Below are positions 39,933-51,480 of a DNA stretch of 64,000 nucleotides, piece by piece. A program made the position numbers and the translations under genes. The notes below the pieces were generated by a model. The model saw only the letters and a list, made by a program, of their open reading frames with translations. It was not told the origin of the DNA and did not search any database. Within the stretch, counting starts at the first letter, position 1. Each line of letters begins with the position of its first letter. The stretch spans positions 29,450,001 to 29,514,000 of the forward strand of contig NC_087248.1 of assembly GCF_037042905.1 (NCBI RefSeq). Direction: 5' to 3'. Source of the DNA: Lytechinus pictus. Lineage: Eukaryota.

Positions 39933-41402
39933 TTTTTGTCTCGCCCACCAGAGGTGAAGGCGAGACTTAGGGATCCAAATGTCGTCCGTCCGTCGTCCGT
40001 CCGTCACAAACCTGTAATGACACATAACTCCACAACCGTAAGTCGATTTTCAACCAAACTTGGATGGTTGATGAACTTGGGGGACCTGCAAGTTATCCTG
40101 CAGTCTGAGGTCACATGGTAAGGTCAAAGGTCATTTTCAGGTCAACGTTAAAGTTTATATGCAAGACTCTCTTATGACACCTTACTCCACAACCGTAAGT
40201 CGCTTTTCAACCTAACTTTGATGGTAGATGGACGTGGGGGACCTGCATGTTATGCTGCAGTCTGAGGTCATATGGTAAGGTCAAAAGTCATTTTCAGGTC
40301 AACGTTAAAGTTTACATGCAAGACTCTCTTATGACACCTAACTCCGCAACCGTATGTAGCTTTTCAACCAAACTTGGATGGTAGATGGACTTGGGGGACT
40401 TGCATGTTATGCTGCAGTTGGAGGTCGCATGATAAGGTCAAAGGTCGTTTTCAGGTCAACGTTAAAGTTAACATGCAAGACTCTCTTATGACAGCTAACT
40501 CCGCAACCGTAAGTCGCATTTCCACCAAACTTGGATGGTAGATGGACTTGGGGGACCTGCATGTTATACTGCAGTCGGAGGTCACATGGTAAGGTCAAAG
40601 GTCGTTTTCAGGTCAACGTGAAAGTTTACATGCAAGACTCTCTTATGACACCTAACTCCGCAACCGTAAGTCACTTTTCAACCAAACTTGGATGGTAGAT
40701 GGACGTGGGGGACCTGCATGTTATGCTGCAGTCTGAGGTCACATGATAAGGTCAAAGGTCATTTTCAGGTCAACGTTAAAGTTTACATGCAAGACTCTCT
40801 TATGACACCTAACTCCGCAACCGTAAGTCACTTTTCAACCAAACTTGGATATTAGATAGACTTGGGGGACGTGCATGTTATGCTGCAGTCAGAGGTCACA
40901 CGGTAAGGTCAAAGGTCATTTCAGGTCAACATTAAAGTTTACATGCAAGACTCTCTTATGACACCCAACTCCGCAACCGTAGGTCACTTTTCAACCAAAC
41001 TTGGATGGTAGATGAACTTGGGGGACCTGCATGTTATGCTGCAGTTGGAGGTCACATGGTTAGGTCAAAGGTCATTTTCAGGTCAACGTTAAAGTTTACA
41101 TGCAAGACTCTCTTATGACACCTAACGCCGCAACCATAAGTTACTTTTCAACAAAACTTGGATGGTAGATGTACTTAGGCGACCTGCATGTTATGCTGCA
41201 GTCGGAGGTCACATGGTAAGGTCAAAGGTCTTTTCAGGTCAACATTAAAGTTTACGTGCAAGGCTCTTATGACAAGTGTTATTCCATCCCAGTCATTTCA
41301 CAATGAAGTTTCGATATAATTCTTTTGCGTGCCCTCGCAAATCACGATATTTCTGGTTATTTTAATAAGTGGGCGAGACACAAAATTGCTTTTGCCTTGT
41401 TT
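39933..41402 (+). mobile_element. Helentron-associated (HINE/DINE-1/Tsp/pearl-type) element with 8 x 157-bp central tandem repeats
   Basis: 5' T-run + subTIR TGTCTCGCCCAC with nearby partial inverted copy GGCGAGAC; GTCC microsatellite at 39981-40005; unit starts at 40017, 40174, 40331, 40488, 40645, 40802, 40958 and 41115; 3' subTIR GTGGGCGAGACA then short hairpin CAAAA-TTGC-TTTTG and T-run. Confidence 0.85.
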
Positions 41403-42891
41403 ACTGTAAAAAGTTCTCCACTTTGGAAAGTGTTGAATCTATTGAACATTGTGTTATATTTGTATTTTATTTGCTTCTTTCCATGAACAAAGAAATGATA
41501 TCCTCCTCATGATTTTGGGAAAAGAATTACATCAATTGTATAATGCCCCTTCATTCTCCCAATGCATCCATCATATAGGCTTACAGTTCAATGACTCGTA
41601 AGGATCATACAAACGAATTGAAAAAAAAAACATTCTGTTGCAATATATCCTAATGACTCACATTATTGAGCTATTTCTAGGAATGTCATCCTTCTATTGT
41701 GACGTATGATCTTATTATTCATTTAAAGCCCCCTTTTTAACTTTTAATCTCACAAAATATGTGAAGGACACGATCAGACGCTTCCTTTTTCCACCTGTAT
41801 GTAAACGAGGATCTCTTTGATAAAGCAATACCCTGAAGGCACACTCACACCTGCCCCAGTCTGAAATATATCTCATATTTTGCAAGTGTGAAAGAAACAT
41901 TTTGTACCGTAATATCTCTGAAAGAAAAACAACTAACCACAAAGAAGTAGGTAGGCCTACATTTCAAATTTCCAAAAAAAATTGCAGGATTTTGTCAAGG
42001 TTGCGGTATGTTTGCAGTGTGAAACTGAAAACTGATTGATTAAACAACTTCTTTATTTATAATTTTGATTGGGTACTTGAATTGAATTTATTTTCATACT
42101 TCACAAGCTAGCAAAGTAATAACATAATATGAGAAATGCATTTGATAAAATACAAAAGATAATAGCAGTAAATAAAGTGAAATATGAAGGAACCTGCCTA
42201 AAAGCAGGTTGATTTTCACAAAACTGATTCACAAGGTGCAAATATAGGAATATACAAGTTAGATAACAAGAACAACTTTATATCCAGTCTCTTCATAAAA
42301 GTGTTTATCTTGTTGCTTGCTCATAACTATGAGAATTTATTTGCTTTTAGTAGGTGTGAAAACAAAGTCATTTAATATCAGGTCTAGCCTGTTGAAGTAA
42401 ATTGACAAGTTAGTTTACCTGTCATTTTTCCTATTTGGGGCGGGTGTAAACATGTTCCAAATAATAGTTCTTTCTGTTTTCGCAAGGACAAATCAATCTA
42501 GTATTCATACTTGTCTTTTAAGTGACGATTATGTAACATGTGTACAATGCCAGCACATCAAAAAAAAGACAAGAAACTGAACCTACTTGATCATAGGACT
42601 AGTAGGTTAGTTTTTCATTACAGACTGTTTCTCAATTTGTTTTTAAATATTTGTAATACAAGATCTTTGTTTTGTAAAAAGCAAATAAATTTAAACTATT
42701 TAATTTTAACTATTAAAAAAATCAATTTGTTTGTTTTTCATCAAAACTCTTTTCTTTAAATGACTCTTTAGATACATTCAGGTTATTTTGATATACGTAT
42801 AACCTTGGTTTATGTTTGATACTATCATATATTCAATTATGCATTATTACGAAGATAGTGAAATTACTGTAAGTAAAAAACGTTTTCTTAT

Positions 42892-43165
42892 TTAAAGGGA
42901 ACTTCACCCTGACAGAAAGTTTATTGTAAAAATAGCAGAAAAAATTATTGCAGAAGGTTTGAGAAAAAGCCATCAGAGAATAAAAAAAAGTTATAAGAAT
43001 TTTAATTATTTGATTTGTGACATCATATGCAAGCAGCTTTCCTACAATAGAATGTAATTTTCTTAGATAATTGAAAATGGTTTCATCAAACCTTCACCAT
43101 TATATTTTATTATTTTTCTGCTATTTTTAAAACAAACTTTTCTACAGGGTGAACTTCCCCTTGAA
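42892..43165. mobile_element. Kolobok-like short MITE
   Basis: TTAA-AGGGAACTTCACCCTG ... CAGGGTGAACTTCCCCTTGAA. Confidence 0.7.
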
Positions 43166-46100
43166 GTAGGCTCTATTTGGCTATTCATTTCATTTCCACT
43201 ATGAGAGCAAAGTAACTAAAATTTGTACATCTCAAAGTCATTTTGAGAACTAAAAATTCAAATTACATTAAATATAACACCATGTACAATACATTGACAA
43301 AAGTAAATGAATAATTAGAATTGCAAGTGATCAATGTCACTTAAATGTTGTAATAAGGAGGAAACTTTGAATTCATGACGATCAATTTGATTGTTTTTAC
43401 CAGAAGTAATTCTGAAGGGGGGAGGGTCATAGTTGTTTATGCCTGACTACAAATGAATGAAATATGGTCACACAAAATGAGAGCAATGTTTCAAAACAAT
43501 GTTTTCCCTACTGTTACATTACACTTCCCAGAAAAGGGACTCAAATAATTTTATTAAATTCTGCTAAAACCCTAACTTTGTTCTGAAACATGATGTCTAC
43601 AGGTTAACATAGGCATATTACAGGAAAGATTGGGCTGAACCAACATAAAGTCATGAAGAAACCAATTTTACCTTGAAATATACCATTCATTCATATAGCT
43701 GTTCATACCTTTACGAACAGCTTTATGAAACCACCCCTGGGGGTCATGTCATAAAGCTGTTCGTAAGTTAAGAGCGACTATTACGAAAAGCTTTATGAAA
43801 CGGGGCCCCAAGTCAAGGAACCATTGTCTGTACATTGAGACCATGCATGATCAAAGACCAATATCTTTGCCCTCGGTGGTGCGCAGATTAAATTGTTGAG
43901 CACATCCTCTTTTTCGCATTATTCCCTCTGTTTGCTGGTATGTTATATATTAAGAAGAGCTCAGTCATGTTCGATCCCATATCACCAAACCTTTATTTGT
44001 GTAATGACTTTCAACAAGAGAGGAAGGTCTTTGGCTTGTTTGATTTTTGCCCATCTCATTTCCGTTGCGTCAGTGCTTAAGTTATTTCTAATGTGCGAAA
44101 TATAAATTTAGACTTGGGTTTCTTAACCATCTTTGGCAGAGAACTTTGTAACTGAGTGAACCCCGAAATCACTCAATTTGTATCGAAAATAATATGTTCA
44201 GGTTGATTTTTTAAAATATAAGTGTGAATGAATGAATCTTGTTTATCCATTTCCACTGAACAATACAGAAAAGAAGGGTGTATAATAAAATATTTCAGTT
44301 TCATGCCATTCAAAGTCATGTCTTTGTTTTTCCTTTTCCTAGTTTCAATTTCTGGTCGATGGGGAATAGACAATCTATAGTTTGAAATAAAGGGGTATCA
44401 TAATTTGACTTCGAACATATAGTCATTGACCCATTGTACACATGATACTTCCTTCCTTATGACATCAACTACCACCTGATAAGAAACAGGAGCTATTTCT
44501 AGAAAAGATGTCCACTTTAATGAGCCAGTCAATATTTATTGATCGTTTGGTCATCGGCAGTGGTCAGATCTCCTCGAGCCAAGGACATGGATGAATGAGT
44601 GAATGGTCAATGGTCAGCAAATGGATGTTTAATGCCAGCAACTTCCAGGAACATTTCTGACCAATAAGTATTATCTTTCAAGTTGAGAGGATCGGAAAAA
44701 GAATATGGTCTTGGGTAAATGTTATTGTGTAACCCACACATTTTGTTGGATAAGGGGGTAGTGTGAGTAAAGGCTATTGTAGCCTAGAGATGACAGGCAC
44801 AGATCCAGATTCCGACTTTCACAGGGTGAGAATTTGCCCAAAAAAATCACAATCAAGAAAAGGGGGTCATTACGATGATTGATGGGATGTGCAATGAAGG
44901 CTCTCTTTGGGAGCCACCACTATATTTCCAAATTTTTTACGAGAATTGTATTTTTATCTGAAAAATGAGGTATGGATCTTGAAGTATTTGGTTAAAATTG
45001 TACTTGAATGAATAGGAATACATTCAAGCAACACTGTGTAGAGGGAAAAGAGGTTATCAGTAGGTGATTTCAAAGCCTTTTGATTTTCTTGTAAGGTACA
45101 TCCAATACAGTGATTTGCAGCTGAATAGAGTGACATTAGAGGAAACTATGAGATTTTATCACATAAATTTAGCCCTTCTCATATAAATGAAGTGAACAAC
45201 TGAAATATTAAATGCTATGGGAGAATTACCACAACTTAAGACAGATTTTGCAAAAATATAGGTGAATATCTTGAAAATAAAATTGAGAAATGTTTGAAAT
45301 TGAAAAGAAATTTGCATATTCATATAATAAGTTAATATTTGTTTATATAAAGTCTATTCACCAATTTGTTTTATTTACTCGCTAGGGAATTTATTTTTTT
45401 AATTGTTTATTTATCTATTAGCCTCTCATTTCCTTATTTGCTCTTTATTAATTTCTTTATCTATTTATTACAATATTAACTTAATCATTTTTAGTGACAG
45501 GGTAGCTCCATCAGTTCTTGGGGAAAGATTTCTTCAAGGCCACCCAAAAAAAACCCTACCCTTATTGGCTCTGACCATACATCCTTTATAAAGGTCATAC
45601 AACTATGAGCCAACCCAAAAGAGAAACTGGTCATATTTTTCAAATGATAATTACAAATGTTCAGTGGTTGATATTAAAGTGAACAGGTCGTTCAGTTCTT
45701 GGAAGAGAATCATGAATACTTGTTACCCCGGGCTTGTTACGTAATGATCACATGTCTAAGTTGAAAAGAAAGGGGAAGCTCTCAACAAGGTTTTATACCT
45801 TCAATAAGAGAGACAGTTCTGGAGAAAGATTTTAAAATGTGAAGAACTTAATGACCTTTTTCAACAACAAAAGTTTATGCTCCCTTCACATCAAGAAAAG
45901 GCTTTATCTATACTCAAGGTCTTCTTCTTTTTTAAGATATCAGTTGAGTATAAAATATAAAAAAAGGAAAGAGTTCACAGAAAATGAGGATGTCTGTGTT
46001 ATTAATAATATTTTATTATATTACATTATATTATATTGTTTTATTTTATTTGTTCATAGTTTTTTTCATTCCTTGTAGAGAAACATAGTAGTTGAAGGAT

Positions 46101-46929
46101 CAGCGCTTATGTATCATTACTTTTAAAAGAATGATTATCGTTGAGTGTTTCCCTGAACAAATTCTCTCTGGGTATACTTCTATATTTATTTTTTGAATTA
46201 TTACTCGAGTGATAAAGAGAATGTGATGGATAAAAAGCAGTTATAAAAAGGGAAGGGGGGGGGGTGTTCTAAACTGAGTAACTCATATTCAATAACCTAT
46301 TGATGACTCGTTGTATTTTATTTTGAATTTAGCTTTTACTTGGTCAAGTACTTCAGATAGGACCCCTATAGGTTGGGTATGAGTAGTTACAAGTTTTTGT
46401 ATAGCCGACTATCGTCTTGTTAGGTTTCGGGTTAAAATCAGTTTAAAAAAAAACATTTCACTTGTATAAGTTGTATTATTACAAGAGTGCAAAGATAATG
46501 GATTATATACATTTTGATTTTATCATCCTACTGTGAACATTCTGTATAAATAAAGAATAGATTGAGTAAGATACAATAGTATAAAATGGTATAGTATATT
46601 TTCATTTGATGTATAATTTTTTCAGTGTAGGCCTATATAATGTATATTGACCTCCCTACTTGGAAGTGAAAAGCGATTTAAGTATTTGACAAGGATTTCT
46701 CTGCTACAAGGGCCATTCATATGTATCTGGATTATGTAAGGATTCTGTGGAAAGAAGGCTCCGCCCACTTGCCAAAAAGTTCATTCAGTTTATTGTTCTT
46801 CAAGGTTACACCCCCAACATGCACACACAGTTCAGGCGAGAGGGGAAGAGAGAGGGAGAGTAAGAAAGAGAGAATATGATAGTACACAAAAACATTATCC
46901 TTGGGCATCTGCTGTATCATATCTTATAA

Positions 46930-48624
46930 TAGGAGTGGGCTATAAATGGGTGATTTTTTGTTTTACTGTGACAACAGTTTTTTTGTGTTCCTGTTACCTT
47001 ATCTCAACATGAAATGACAATATTTTTTGTCTCGGGTCCGAGAAAAAAGTGTGCCAGGCCAAAATCCAAAATGGCCGCCAAAACCCCCCAAAATCACATT
47101 TTGGGCCACAACTTTTTTATTTGATGGTCTTTTTCTCTGGTTTTGGTGTCTATTCATATGTTTCTGGGGGCAGGTAACTTGTTTTTCCTAAACTTAGTAC
47201 TTTTAAATCATTATTTGTAGAGTTATAAGGTGATTTTACTTAAATTTACCAATTTTTAAAGCCATTTTTTTCAGCCAAAGAGTAGGTTTCATCGTTATGT
47301 GGTTCTTAAATATTAGACGATACCAGTTGAACAGTAGCAGTCAGCTTTATATAGCTTTATTGCTTTTATTCCTGTACTTTGGGTTTTACGGATATTTGTG
47401 AAATATATCTTATCAAATAAAAGAAAATGCCATTTATCCATAGGGGCTATACGGTATACAATTTACTGTACATACTACACTGCATATATACATGCATTGA
47501 CCACCATGACATATAAAATGGACATAAACTATATAGTGTCATAGAAATGAGCTCCTAATGTTTAGAATTAGATTGTGAATTTGATTGCTTGTCAGCTGAT
47601 GTATAATACATGATGAAACCAGCAACGTAAATTCACAAAAATATCACATATCATATATACATACATCATATTTTTAACCATATCTTCTCCATTTGGAGGC
47701 TTTTTTTTACCTGGTTATGGTGTCTAAACTTGCCTATATTTATGGGGTCAGTTAACTATCATGGTAACGCTGATCAACAGCAAATCAGAATCACGGATTC
47801 CATGCAAGTTACCATTAAGTTAAGTTAACATAATGGTAAATTTTTATGCAACGGGGACCAAAATAGCTAAAATGCCATGATGTGGGGTTAATTACCTCTC
47901 TCCGCCCCCTGAATTAGCATATTTGACAAAACGTCCTCAATTTCTGAGACAAAACTTATCTTCAATTTCTGAGGCATCTAACTCTAAACCTGAGAGCTCA
48001 TTTCTATGACACTAGTTTATACAGGCCTTGTTAGCTGTCATGGTGGCCAATGCATTTATGCAGTGCAGTATGTACAGTACATTGTATACATGTACTGTAT
48101 AGGCCCAATGGATAATTGACATTTTTTATTTAATAAGATATATATTTCACAAATATCCGTAAAACCCAAAGTAGAGGAATAAAAGCAATATAGCTATATG
48201 AAGCTGCTTTCTATTATTGACCTCGTACCATCTAATATCCAAGAACCCCAGGACGATAAAACCTACTTTTGGCTGAAAAGAAATATAAAAATTTGAAAAT
48301 TTAGGTATAATTACCTTTTAACTCTACAAATAATGGTTTAAAAGTACTAATCATAGGAAAAACTAATTGTCTGCCCCCAAAGCATATGAATAGACACCAA
48401 AACCAGAGAAAAAGACCACCAAATAAAGAAGTTGTGGCCAAAACTGTGATTTTAGGGGGGTTTGGCGGCCATTTTGGATTTTGGCCCGGCACACTTTTTT
48501 CTCGGACCCGAGACAAAAAATATTGTCATTTCATGTTGAGATACATTACAAGGAATAAAAAAAAACTGTTGTCATATTGAAATTACAAAAAAAGTATTTT
48601 TGACCCATGTATAGCCCACTCCTA
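46930..48624. mobile_element. ~1.7-kb foldback hAT-like non-autonomous element with ~640-bp inverted arms
   Basis: TAGGAGTGGGCTATA...TATAGCCCACTCCTA ends; CTTATAA repeated in both flanks; arms ~46930-47577 and ~47976-48624; family F fragment in the loop (47755-47859). Confidence 0.85.
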
Positions 48625-50195
48625 CTTATAAGACCATGACAAAAGAATGACTTGCTCTTGGAAAGTGATGGTATAAAAACATAATGAAGGGGTTCTTTCT
48701 GGGGATAGGCCTTTGCCTTCTTATTCCCTTGCGTGTGTTCAACTTGTAGGCCTATTTGCTGAGAAAAGAAGCTTGTACCTTTCGTTTAAATCAGAATATG
48801 TCTGGTGGGTTTCCTTCAAGGTTTTCATCATTCCAATTTAGATGCTAAGTCATTGTTTTCTTTCATCTTTCCGTAGGTGGCCACACCTGCCCAACAAGCA
48901 AAACACGAGGTCAAATATGGCAAATTTAGGGTGTCAAAACTACAACAAATATGAAAAAAAATTGCGTGTTTCTGGAAATTGAACAAAAAATGTTAATTGA
49001 AAGGGTATATTTTCTAGTTTGTCACATCTTTAGAGGTCTTTTCTCTAAAATTGTTCTGGGTTTTGCTGCCACTATAAAAAAAATTTCTGGAGAGATTTTA
49101 CAGTGGTCTAATTTACATAAAAATATGTAAAAACATGTTATGATATATTTGACCAATGAAAAATCCAACACTATGCTTTTAAGATGTGCTGTAGAAGTCC
49201 AATGGAACAAACTTAATGTAAGGTATATAATTACTAATATGAACCTCTGGTACCTTCCAATAGTTTACATTTTAAACACGCGTGTTTAATTTTTATTGAA
49301 AATTAAATATATCTAAAAATCAACTTTGTTGTTTAAAATTTTAAGCACTTGACATGTTTGAACTGTTAAGCAACTTCTGTAAAGTTCATATGGTAAACAG
49401 CATTGTATAAATTAAAAAAGAAAAGTACTGTGTTTAAGTTGTGGGAATAACAAGAAAAAAAAAACACCTTGTATGTCCCATTTGTCTGATATTTCTTTTT
49501 TTTAAAGTATTATTCATATTTGAAAATTGGTGTTGTATTTGAACCCCAGGGAGAGTTTTTAACACCTGGTTAATGGTTTCACCTGCATATGACAGTATAA
49601 TTGAGGGCTCCTAGTCTACTGTGCGAACCCTTCACTTGTGTTAAAGGGTCTGAAAGCACAACCTACAATGACTTGTGTACTGAAGGCCCTCTCGCTCAAC
49701 AGCAAGTTTTATATGGGAGAGTCTTGTGTGAAGACCCACTTGTTGATTTAAGTTTCAATCAGGGTCTGCGCCTGCAGACTAATTTGAGCTGGCCTCTTGA
49801 TTATGCATGGCCTTCAGAAGCATTGATCGCCCCCCCCCCCAAGAAAAAAATGTAGGGGAAAAATGTCCTGGCTATGTCATACTCTACTTCTGTGACCTTG
49901 CATGGTTGCTAATGATGAACATAATGAGTATTTAATGACCCTTCTAAACAGTCTTCAGCATGGACGAACTTGTCACCATCGTCAGACCCATACGTCAGTA
50001 GACTTGGATACGTCTTCTCTTCGCTTACGACATCATCACTGAAGTAAAAGGGAAGGTCACCCAGGTAATGAGTCGGTTTTAATAATAGCTGAAAAATGGA
50101 GAAAATCATTGGTGAAGGTTTGATGAAAATCCTTCAAAGAAAAGCGTAGTTATGATTTATTTTTTAATTTTTGATTTTGTAATATCACAGATGAG

Positions 50196-50611
50196 GGTAA
50201 ATTGCCAATTCGTCCACTGCCAACTGTCCACTTACCACATGGTCTACCTTTATTTAGTCTAATGCCATTCCGTCCATCAACATTTCGTCTAACAGCAATT
50301 GGTCCATTAGCCATTCGGTCCAATCATCACTTTGTCTAATCACCAGTACGTCTATAACCATTTCGTCTAATAACCAGTTGGTCTAATACCAATTTTCTTT
50401 TCCTTCATTTTGCACAATTAACACTTTAGTTTAATTAGACCAAATAGTATATGGACTAAATGGCTATTAGACCAACTGGTTATTAGACAGAATGGCATTA
50501 GACTAAATGAAAGTAGACCATATGGTGAGTGGACGAACTGATGGTAGACCAAATGAAACTAGACGAGTTGGCAATTGGACGAATTGGGATTAGACGAATT
50601 GGAAATGAACT
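50196..50611 (+). mobile_element. GG-terminated MITE with 8-bp TSD (Merlin-like by inference), copy 1
   Basis: TSD CAGATGAG at 50188-50195 and 50612-50619; repetitive 'gtctaa/ccaat' arms; copies at 59215 and 61578. Confidence 0.85.
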
Positions 50612-51167
50612 CAGATGAGCGGCTCCTCTATATGTTGTGTGATATAAGTTCCCCAAAATGAATTTTGATTTTTTGTTTTAATGAAAATTTGTCATAGAAT
50701 AACAGCATTATGAATTTTTATAGTTTTCATTTTGTGACATCACAGACGAGCGGCTCCTCTATATGTTGTGTGAATATAAGTTCCCCAAAATGATTTTTTT
50801 TCACAAATTTTAAAGTGATTTTATTTGTGCAGTGGATATATTATCAGACACATCATTTCATACCTCCTTCTATAAGAAGATTTTATAATACAATTTCAAT
50901 TCTCAATTTCAATTTTTTTATTATTTCATTTTCAACAGAACAAAGTAATGTGGTCAAAAATAATTACAATGAATTTTATACAAACAATATGAATGGAGGT
51001 ATGTTCATTATATCTTATTTGTTCCATAAGTAAACAAAAAGTATATATTATAAGCAAATTATCATAAACATTACACAGATCTGAGAAAATGGAGGGATCG
51101 AGTAAAAAGCAAATGCTTGTAGTGTGCATGTGGACCCCTCTAAATAATAATTGTAGAATTGCCTATA

Positions 51168-51480
51168 CACTGTTAAAAAAAACACCTGATTTTACAGGGG
51201 AAAAAAGAAGATTTTGCAGAAAGCAATAACAGAATCATTCTGTAAATTTATAAAACATGAATTTTTCTGCAATTTAACCGAACTGGTCTGTTTAAAAAGG
51301 GGAAAAGGGTGTTTTATTTAAGGAAATTTGTAAGGTTCCATACACCTGTACACCAAATACCAATTTCCTGTAATTTTACACGATATAATGTAAGATTACG
51401 CAATCTGGTAAGATTACAGGTGATCTCGAGACTCTGCTGCAGGAACTTCTTTTATTTTAAGGATAAATTTTCTAACATTG
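51168..51480. mobile_element. CACTG-terminated MITE with TA flanks (EnSpm-like)
   Basis: TA-CACTGTTAAAAA ... TTTCTAACATTG-TA. Confidence 0.6.

Noticed and set aside
40017-41273. CRISPR-like array
   Set aside because: Whole units repeat with no unique spacers; eukaryotic context; HINE-type termini explain it.
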